A stretch of 48,884 nt of DNA from Elainella saxicola E1. Its GTDB lineage: Bacteria > Cyanobacteriota > Cyanobacteriia > Elainellales > Elainellaceae. Below the pieces are notes generated by a model. The model did not search any database and was not told the origin of the DNA. It saw only the letters and a list, made by a program, of their open reading frames with translations. Shown one piece after another: positions 1 through 7,613 of this stretch. Where the stretch lies: positions 24,385 through 73,268 of the forward strand of contig LUGL01000023.1 of the NCBI GenBank assembly GCA_002796835.1, written 5' to 3'. How positions within the stretch are numbered: position 1 is the stretch's first letter; the number at the start of each line of letters is the position of its first letter. A program made the position numbers and the translations under genes.

Positions 1-2
1 CC

Positions 3-395
3 ATGCTGACCCTGCTGAATGCAGAACCGGCCTTTGCCTTTCGCGGTCCCACTGAAGTTGCCGAATCGACTGATCAGCGTATCCGTCATGCCAAACTGAT
101 CCAGCTCAGCACTGCTGAAGTGGATTATCCTCTGGTGCTGGTCGTTGAGGTCGCACCCCGATCAGACGATCGCCGTAGAGTCTCTGTGCAGCTCCACCCG
201 ATCGAACCCGGCACATTTTTACCGGATCAGCTGCAGTTAGCTGCGTTGGATCAAGCAGGTTCTGTATTACTGTCTACTCAGGCCAGACCCACTGATGACT
301 ACATCCAGTTGCGCTTACGCGGACTTCCCGGCGAATCATTTCGACTCCAGATTGCCTTAGGCGATACGATGCTGATCGAGGATTTTGTGATTTGA
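3..395 (+). CDS. 3' part of a conserved hypothetical protein, possibly DUF1822 family; the gene begins upstream of the window
   Basis: ORF runs open from the window edge to a TGA at 393-395. The C-terminal sequence resembles cyanobacterial DUF1822 proteins, recalled from memory and not verified. It is co-oriented with the CHAT-kinase gene 111 bp downstream. Confidence 0.45.
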   Translation: MLTLLNAEPAFAFRGPTEVAESTDQRIRHAKLIQLSTAEVDYPLVLVVEVAPRSDDRRRVSVQLHPIEPGTFLPDQLQLAALDQAGSVLLSTQARPTDDYIQLRLRGLPGESFRLQIALGDTMLIEDFVI

Positions 396-506
396 TCAGA
401 AAATGATGCAGCAGTAAGCTGGGCTAGAAACGGTATAACGGGAGTAGCTGTGAATAAACAACCTAAAAATCACCAATAAGGGGGTAGGCACGGAGTTCAG
501 TTCGCC

Positions 507-3305
507 GTGACGATCGATTCGACCGTCCCCTTAGATGGCGCAAGTAAAACCATGGTAGGTAAGTTAGTCCTTTTGAAATTAGGAGATGGCAGCCTCGATC
601 AGGGGTTTCCTGTGGTGCTCCAGTTTGGTGAAGAGGGGCATCGACCAATTGTGGAAACCGTAGGCCGTTTACCTGCGGCACTGGAGTTGCGCCAAGCTTA
701 TAAAAATTGGGCTACCGCCTATCGCAGCTTAAATCAACGACTCCGCCTCGAAGCTGAAACAGTACAAGCCCCCAACGTTTCTCGCCGAGAAGATTGCCAT
801 GCGGCAGCGCGTGCCCTGGCTGACTGTTTGAATGCTTGGCTCTATGCCGATTCTTTTCGGCCCATCCGAGAAAAGCTGCTAGAACAATTGATGCCGTCCG
901 AGCAGGTGCGGGTGATTCTGCAAACCGAAGATCTGGAAGTGCGGCGGCTACCCTGGCATTTATGGGACTTTTGCGATCGCTATCCCAAAACCGAGATTGC
1001 GTTGAGTGCGGCAGTCTATGAGCGGGTTGAAGCGGTGCGCGCCACCAAGCTTCAGGTCAATGTGCTGGCCATTCTAGGCAATAGCGCTGGGATCGACACC
1101 CATACCGATCGCCAACTGCTGGAACAGCTCCCCGGTGCGAAAGTGAGTTTTCTGGTCGAGCCAACCCGACAAGAGCTCACCCAGGAACTTTGGCGACAAA
1201 ATTGGGATATTTTATTCTTTGCAGGCCATAGCGGTAGCTTTACCGAAGGCAACCGGGGCCAAATTGCTTTGAATCGCAGTGACACCCTCAGCCTGGATCA
1301 GTTGAAATATGCCCTGAAGCGAGTGGTTGAGCGGGGCTTGCAGGTGGCCATCTTCAACTCCTGCGACGGTTTAGGTTTAGCCCGTGAACTAGAAGACTTA
1401 CGGATTCCTCAGACGATCGTCATGCGGGAACCCGTGCCCGATAAGGTGGCGCAAGAATTTCTCAAATCCTTTCTGGCAGCCTTTGCTCAAGGAGAACCTT
1501 TTCATTTAGCGGTACGGGAAGCGCGCGAGATTTTGCAGGGCATTGAAGATGAATATCCTTGCGCAACCTGGTTGCCGGTCATTTGTCAGAATCCGGCAGT
1601 CATCCCTCCGACCTGGGAAGTCTTAGGCGGTGAGATGCTGACGATGCCCATGACCGTTGCCAATGATCCGCAAGCAGTCAACCCACTGACCGTCCCGCAA
1701 TTGCCTACTCGATCGATCGCCCCTAGTACCGAGGCCAAGTTAATCAACGATCGCTATCAGATCCAGCGGGTATTGGGACAGGGAGGATTTGGCCGCACCT
1801 TTTTAGCCGCAGACAACTATCGGTTTGGTGACCTGTGCGTGCTCAAGCAGTTTGCTCCGGCGAATAGTTCTCCTAATGTGTTGAAGCGATCCCGCGAGCT
1901 GTTTGAGCGTGAAGCCAAAGTGCTTTACCAGATCAGCCATCCCCAAATTCCTAAGTTTTTGGCCTGGTTTACAGAAGACGATCAGCTCTTTATCGTTGAA
2001 GAGTTCATTGATGGCAAAACCTATCTGGGTCTGCTAGAAGAGCGGCGGCAGCAGGGCAGAACTTTTTCAGAAGCAGAAATTGTCCAGTGGCTCAAGGATT
2101 TACTGCCTGTACTGGACTATCTCCACAACATTAATATTATTCACCGCGATATTTCACCGGGCAATGTGATGTTGCCACAGCACCGATCGCAACCCGTACT
2201 GATCGATTTTGGCATTGTCAAAGAAGTGGCTAGCCAAATCTGGTCCGGTCAGGTGAGCCACATGCAAAACTTTCCGCAGGCCTCGCGCGTCGGCAAACCG
2301 GGCTATGCCCCGCCAGAACAAATGCAGCTCGGGGTTTGCTATCCCTGTAGTGATCTCTATGCGTTAGGCATGACGGCCCTGGTGTTGCTAACTGGACGCA
2401 ATCCGCAGTGGATTTTTGAGCAGCGCTTTACAGAACCCCAATGGCGATCGCAGGTCAGTGAAGGGTTCTATCGCATTCTGGACAAACTGATCGCCGAAAA
2501 TCCCCGGAATCGCTATCCTTCAGCCCAATCGGTGTTGGTAGCCCTGCATCAGTTAACGGGTTCTCCAATTGCACCTCTGCCGACTCCAACTCCTTGGATC
2601 ACGTCATCGATCCCCATGCCATCTCCATTCTCGGCCTCACCTTCTGTCGCTCCTACCCCTTCTGTAACGCCCTCACCCTTCGCTTCACCCTCGGCTTTCC
2701 CGACTCCATCCCCTTTTCCCCAGCCGACTCCTATCTCTTCGCCATCCTATCGATCGCCACTGCCAACTCCCAGTCCTGCTCCTGCGATCCTGCCCACATT
2801 ATCCTCTCAGTTTATTGAGCAGTGCCAGCGTGAACTGGTGCGCTGTGTCGGACCCATGGCGAGTTATATTCTGGATGATATTTTGGCGCAGCAGCCGCAG
2901 TTAACTCCACTGCAATTCATCGAGCTCCTGACAGCAGAAATTCCTGATAGCCGCCAAGCTTCCCAGTTTCGAGAAAAGATCAGCGGCCTTTTGCGGCAGG
3001 CTAATCCAACCCGGATACCCCTCCAAACAGACACAGTGCAACAGGTCAGTTCTGCCTCTAGAACTCAATCCGTTGCCAAACCCACTGCTGCTGGTCTGCC
3101 CCTGACTCAGGAAATGGTGGATCACTGTCGTCGAGAGTTGGCTCGTCAAATTGGTCCAATGGCAACCTGCATTGTGGAAGACATTTTGGCGCAATCTCCT
3201 CACCTCAGTGCTCAAGCGTTTGTGCAGGCGATCGCCACAGAGATCCCCGATTCTCGCCAAGCTGAAGCTTTCCGCAAACAAACGCTCGATCGATTGCGCT
3301 CCTAG
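507..3305 (+). CDS. CHAT (caspase-like) domain / Ser-Thr protein kinase fusion protein with a Pro/Ser/Thr-rich linker and two tandem ~55-aa C-terminal repeats
   Basis: 932-aa ORF, GTG at 507; an ATG at 552 (MVGKLVLLKLGDGS) is an alternative start. CHAT His/Cys dyad motifs FFAGHSGSF and VAIFNSCDGLGLA. Hanks kinase motifs GQGGFGRTF, VLK, HRDISPGNVML, DFGIVK, GYAPPE. PST-rich low-complexity stretch around aa 690-770. Two repeats of CxRELxRxxGPMAxxIxxDILAQxPxL...EIPDSRQAxxFR at the C-terminus. Confidence 0.85.
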   Translation: MTIDSTVPLDGASKTMVGKLVLLKLGDGSLDQGFPVVLQFGEEGHRPIVETVGRLPAALELRQAYKNWATAYRSLNQRLRLEAETVQAPNVSRREDCHAAARALADCLNAWLYADSFRPIREKLLEQLMPSEQVRVILQTEDLEVRRLPWHLWDFCDRYPKTEIALSAAVYERVEAVRATKLQVNVLAILGNSAGIDTHTDRQLLEQLPGAKVSFLVEPTRQELTQELWRQNWDILFFAGHSGSFTEGNRGQIALNRSDTLSLDQLKYALKRVVERGLQVAIFNSCDGLGLARELEDLRIPQTIVMREPVPDKVAQEFLKSFLAAFAQGEPFHLAVREAREILQGIEDEYPCATWLPVICQNPAVIPPTWEVLGGEMLTMPMTVANDPQAVNPLTVPQLPTRSIAPSTEAKLINDRYQIQRVLGQGGFGRTFLAADNYRFGDLCVLKQFAPANSSPNVLKRSRELFEREAKVLYQISHPQIPKFLAWFTEDDQLFIVEEFIDGKTYLGLLEERRQQGRTFSEAEIVQWLKDLLPVLDYLHNINIIHRDISPGNVMLPQHRSQPVLIDFGIVKEVASQIWSGQVSHMQNFPQASRVGKPGYAPPEQMQLGVCYPCSDLYALGMTALVLLTGRNPQWIFEQRFTEPQWRSQVSEGFYRILDKLIAENPRNRYPSAQSVLVALHQLTGSPIAPLPTPTPWITSSIPMPSPFSASPSVAPTPSVTPSPFASPSAFPTPSPFPQPTPISSPSYRSPLPTPSPAPAILPTLSSQFIEQCQRELVRCVGPMASYILDDILAQQPQLTPLQFIELLTAEIPDSRQASQFREKISGLLRQANPTRIPLQTDTVQQVSSASRTQSVAKPTAAGLPLTQEMVDHCRRELARQIGPMATCIVEDILAQSPHLSAQAFVQAIATEIPDSRQAEAFRKQTLDRLRS

Positions 3306-3364
3306 AGCTTTGAGGGATTGGCTCAGAAAAAGCAGTGATTCAGCAAATCTGACGGGAAGAGATA

Positions 3365-3598
3365 ATGAAAGAGTCTGTGATTTACCAGGATATCCTCGAA
3401 CAGGGACTGCAACAGGGATTGCAACGGGAGATATCTCTGGTGTTACGCCAGATCAAGCGCCGATTTGGTGACCTTGATTCAGCGATAGAAGTGCGAATTC
3501 GATCGCTCTCGATCGATCAGTTAGAAAACTTAGGTGAAGCATTGCTGGATTTTGCTCAGCCCGATGAGTTGCTGAACTGGTTGGATCACAACACCTGA
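3365..3598 (+). CDS. stand-alone DUF4351 domain protein, i.e. the C-terminal domain of Rpn/PD-(D/E)XK transposase-like proteins, with no nuclease domain
   Basis: 77-aa ORF; GGAAGAG ribosome-binding site before the ATG. Motif QGLQQGLQRE...LRQIKRRFGDLD...LSIDQLENLGEALLDFAQPDELLNWL matches the DUF4351 pattern. Confidence 0.6.
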   Translation: MKESVIYQDILEQGLQQGLQREISLVLRQIKRRFGDLDSAIEVRIRSLSIDQLENLGEALLDFAQPDELLNWLDHNT

Positions 3599-3634
3599 GC
3601 GTTCCGATCGCCTGTTCTTCTCCTCTGGTCCACC

Positions 3635-4594
3635 TCAAAACTCAGAACTGCGGCCTTCTGCATCCATGGTGCGTTTGCTGATGCGATAGCGATCGAGCCG
3701 TTTCATCGCCATCATCAGGCTAGTTTTCATCCGGCGAAAAGCTTCTGCCAAACTACCCACTTCGTCTTTGGCATCCCACTCAAATTCGGCATCCATGTCA
3801 CCCGTGCTCACAGCCTCAGCCGCTTGAGCCATCCGTTTGAGCGGACGCGCCACATATCGCCGCAGCCAGAAGTTGACGATCAGAATCGCTAAGGCAAAAA
3901 TTCCGGCAATGGTTCCCATAATTAACAGAAACGCTTGCCGACTGCTTTTCAACACCTGATGGGCAGGCACTGAAATAATTTGGGCACCGATGATTTCGTT
4001 AAGTTTCCAGTTAAATCCATTGGAAGGGCCATATCGCTCGATCATGCTGGCAGGCGCAACATTCGGCGTACTATGGCATTGCAAGCAACTCTGGGCAGAT
4101 ACTGAAATCGGTCGCGCAATATAAAACAAATCGCCGCCAGGGGTTGATCGGAAGCCCTGCATCTCAGGCAAATTACCATCCTGACGAAAGCGATCGACAA
4201 TTTCTGCTTCAAAACTGTCCGCCTTATCGCGTAAGTTAGTCGGGTTCAGCGTTGCCTCTTTATAAAAGAAATCGCTGTAAACTCGATTTTCCCGCAGCTT
4301 TTCAAAAACTTCCCGCGCAGAATAGGCCGGGATGGTTTCTGGTAAAAACTCGCTGACCAAGCGATCCTGAAGTTCAGGCTTCACCTGCGTATTGGTGTAG
4401 TGCCGCACAGAGTTCATTGTCTCAATCATCATCAAGGCTTTAGATGAGATTTCATTCTGCGCATTTTGGTTGAGGATGTTCGATAGGGCAATCCCGCTAA
4501 CCAAAATTCCTCCCAGAAATACTAAAAACAGCAGCAGGCTAAACTTGCGTGCTAAATCAAGATTGTTGAGTAGAGATTGAAAGGGTCGAGGCAT
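3635..4594 (-). CDS. membrane sensor: periplasmic c-type heme domain (DUF3365/Tll0287-like, CxxCH) plus cytoplasmic HAMP domain, with no output domain
   Basis: 319-aa ORF. N-terminal TM helix, heme-binding motif SCLQCH, second TM helix AFLLIMGTIAGIFALAILIVNFW, then a HAMP-like segment RRYVARPLKRMAQAAEAVSTGDMD...VGSLAEAFRRM. The ORF ends soon after the HAMP segment. Confidence 0.7.
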   Translation of the reverse strand: MPRPFQSLLNNLDLARKFSLLLFLVFLGGILVSGIALSNILNQNAQNEISSKALMMIETMNSVRHYTNTQVKPELQDRLVSEFLPETIPAYSAREVFEKLRENRVYSDFFYKEATLNPTNLRDKADSFEAEIVDRFRQDGNLPEMQGFRSTPGGDLFYIARPISVSAQSCLQCHSTPNVAPASMIERYGPSNGFNWKLNEIIGAQIISVPAHQVLKSSRQAFLLIMGTIAGIFALAILIVNFWLRRYVARPLKRMAQAAEAVSTGDMDAEFEWDAKDEVGSLAEAFRRMKTSLMMAMKRLDRYRISKRTMDAEGRSSEF

Positions 4595-4918
4595 AGTGAC
4601 CTGCCGATAACGCTTGTTTGACCTTCAGAAACGGGGGTTAGATGCACGCTTGAGTCAGAACTCGGATGAGATTGGATGAGATGAAAATCTCGATCGGCGC
4701 GATCGAACCGGAAGATTGATGAACCGCTCTCCAATTCTGATCCACCGACAAAGGGTCGTTTATCCGTAATTTCCTGGAAATGATCACAAATCGTAACCCA
4801 AGCTGCCCCTAAACATCGGTATTTATTAGCATTTATTAACTCCTACCAAAATGTTTGCGGAAACGACGCCAAAGTTAGAAATGCCATTCGAACTGAAAGC
4901 TCGAACCGGGGGCAGGGA

Positions 4919-5968
4919 TTAGAACTCACAAATCTCTGGGCTGACGGGACAAGTTTTGTCGTCGATCGAATTACCTTGTAAATTCAAGAGCTGTAAATTG
5001 GTGAGCGATTTGAGCGGCGTAATGTCCTGGATGTCGTTAGCACTCAGATCGAGCGCGGTCAGACTCGTCAGTGATTGCAGCGGACTGAGATCAGAAATCT
5101 GATTGTGGCTGAGTCCCAACGTGTCGATATTGGTGAGTGACTGAATGCCGTTGAGGTTGCTGATCTGATTACCATCTAGACCCAGGATAGTGAGGCGATC
5201 GAGCGCTTGGAGGGCGCTGACATCGGTGATCTGGTTATTGTTGACGCTGAGGGCAGCCAAATTGGTCAACGATCGCAAAGGCGACAGGTCAGTAATTTCG
5301 TTGTCACTTAATCCCAGCAAAGAGAGATGGGTCAGCGAGCCCAAAGGAGTTAGATCGGTAATTTGATTTCGATTTAAGCCCAGCAGATCTAATTTGGTTA
5401 ACGCACTTAGGGGTGATAGGTCAGTAATTTCGTTGCTGCTCAAATCCAGAGCGGTTAAGTTGGTGAGCGATCGCAGTGGACTCAGATCCGAGATGCGATT
5501 GCCATCTAGATTGAGGCTAGTCAGCCGAGTTAAGCTCGCGAGAGGCCGGATATCCTGGACTCGATTACTAGTCACACTGAGGATGGTGAGATTCGGCAAG
5601 GCTTGTAAAGGCGACAGATCCTCTACTTTATTGTCGAGCAGGTTGAGCTGACGCAAATGGGGCAGGGCTTGCAAAGGAGATAGATCTTCCACATCGCTAC
5701 TGCTTAAATCCAAAATGCTGCGATCGCTCAAAAGCTGCTGGGCCTGGTCGCAATCTTCGGTCTTTACTTTATCAAGCAGTACTTTGATCGTGCGACGGGC
5801 GCTCCGTGGCAGATCGTCTTGACGCTTGCACCAATCAGCAAAGGTCTGCAAATCAGCAGAGGAGCTTTGGGCCATTGTCGGATAACTGAACAGGACGATC
5901 GTCAGGATGAGTCCGATCGAGCTGAGATCAAAACAACGCTTTTGAACCATTGGACTGATGTTCAACAT
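4919..5968 (-). CDS. secreted leucine-rich-repeat protein (internalin-like); 11 tandem 22-residue LRRs
   Basis: Track ORF is 4919..6115, but an ATG (CAT at 5966-5968) preceded by GAGGAG gives MLNISPMVQKRCFDLSSIGLILTIVLFSYPTMAQS, which looks like a signal peptide. Eleven repeats of the type I(T/S)DLSPLxSLTNLTxLxLSxNx follow. Ends ...CPVSPEICEF. Confidence 0.8.
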   Translation of the reverse strand: MLNISPMVQKRCFDLSSIGLILTIVLFSYPTMAQSSSADLQTFADWCKRQDDLPRSARRTIKVLLDKVKTEDCDQAQQLLSDRSILDLSSSDVEDLSPLQALPHLRQLNLLDNKVEDLSPLQALPNLTILSVTSNRVQDIRPLASLTRLTSLNLDGNRISDLSPLRSLTNLTALDLSSNEITDLSPLSALTKLDLLGLNRNQITDLTPLGSLTHLSLLGLSDNEITDLSPLRSLTNLAALSVNNNQITDVSALQALDRLTILGLDGNQISNLNGIQSLTNIDTLGLSHNQISDLSPLQSLTSLTALDLSANDIQDITPLKSLTNLQLLNLQGNSIDDKTCPVSPEICEF

Positions 5969-6578
5969 GGGGGTGTACTCCTCATTCAACCATGAACCGC
6001 GTGCCCACAATACAGGAGCGACTAGAGATCGGTCATTGCTATAGTCAAACGTTAAAACTGACCAGCAGGTTCCCAGAAAAAGCCGATGGCTAGAAAAAGG
6101 CGAGAGATTGTTCAATGCTTGCCAGGTATTTCATCTGATGAACAAGAGAAGAATTTTCAAAAGCAGTACTTGCATAGCATGTATAGAATTATCAGAAATC
6201 TGAAAGTAACATTGCACTTTTATGCAATCAGCACCCCGTAAAAGTACAAAAATACGACATGAAACTATAAAAAATACGTCACAAAACACCGTTTTAATGC
6301 GATCGCAAGATCTAAAGCTATTGCATATCAAGGGTTTTAGCCTTTTGATTTTCCTGGACTCATTTTGCTCGCCCAATAGGATCACCCAACTGGGTGAGGT
6401 TCACTCATCCAACTTCCTTTTATTTTGGAATCAATGAATTTCTGATGCAGTCAATCAGAGATTGCCAAATTTGAGGTTGTCTTCGTTTATCAACCGCATT
6501 TTTGGACAAAAGAATTTGCACCCAGTCAATTGATTCTGGTTTCTCAAGTCTTCAAACTACTAATTCAGGCAGGCTGAT

Positions 6579-7278
6579 ATGGCAATTATTAAGGGCAGTC
6601 AATTTGATGACAATGACACAGTGAATGGAAACCCCAGTATCTTTCGTCCCAATCTTGTGGGTACACAATATGATGATTGGATCTATGGCTATGCAGGTAA
6701 CGATGTTTTAGATGGCGGAAATGGATTCGATTTTCTCTATGGTGGTACTGGAGATGATACTTACATCATTAAAAATAATCCCAATCAATTCATTGGCGAA
6801 AACACAAACCAAGGCTACGACACGGTCTTTTCTGGAATCAGCCATTACTTGTCGGTGAATGTAGAATCGCTCATCCTTCTCGATGATGCCTATGAAGGTT
6901 TTGGAAATTCTTTAGATAATTACATTCAAGGTAGCGATGCAGACAACGCACTTTATGGGGATGGGGGCAGATGTCCTCGTTGGCGGAGTAGGTATAGATA
7001 CCTTGACTGGGGGTGGAGCTGCCGATCGATTTACCTTGAATTTTTATCCCGCTAGCAATAGTACTGCCGATTCAATTCAGGATTTTAAGCAAGCCGAGGC
7101 AGATAAGATCGTGATTGCAGGGGGGAACAGTTGGGCAATTCGCAGCTACTTTGCCTACAACCTATCAACGGGTATTTTGTCCTACGATGATCCATTCGAT
7201 GGGATCACCCGTTTGAACGTGGCCCAGATGCAGCCCAATACCGCTTTCAATCTCAATAATGATCTGATCTTCGCATAG
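6579..7278 (+). pseudogene. hemolysin-type (RTX) calcium-binding repeat protein, interrupted by a +1 frameshift in a G5 tract near 6963-6967
   Basis: ORF 6579..7055 carries GGxGxDxL repeats (LDGGNGFDFLYGGTGDDTY, LYGDGG). The reading continues in another frame as ORF 6937..7278 (GADVLVGGVGIDTLTGGGAADRFTL). The two frames join if one G is removed from ggggatggggg. Confidence 0.6.
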
Positions 7279-7613
7279 GGAGCACACATGTAATCTCCCA
7301 TTTTGAGAAAGGGCGATCGCTCTGGGTTAGCAGCCATCCTCTAGTAAACGCTTGGAGCTGGTGCTATGAGTGTATGCTCCTGATGTAACATAAGCGATCG
7401 CCTATTCTCCATAAAAGCAACTCCATATCAAACGGCTCTCTAGATTAATCAGAGATAAGCCAGAATGTGCCAGAAAACTGGGATGGTTGTATCTAAATTA
7501 TTTGCTTGAAAAGGAGAATTGGTCAGAGAGGCAACTGATTAAGAATTTTGGTATTTAAGTCATTTCTGATCATTAATGGGAAAAATTAAAGAGTACCTGT
7601 TCTCGTCGTTTCA

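Noticed and set aside
3151-3471. 106-aa ORF spanning the end of the CHAT-kinase gene and the DUF4351 ORF
   Set aside because: It lies out of frame across two better-supported genes.
4595-4918. tRNA-like GGTTCGATCGCGCC segment (around 4690-4712, minus strand)
   Set aside because: No acceptor or T-stem pairing and no CCA-proximal structure could be built. The match is just a HIP1-containing GC-rich stretch.
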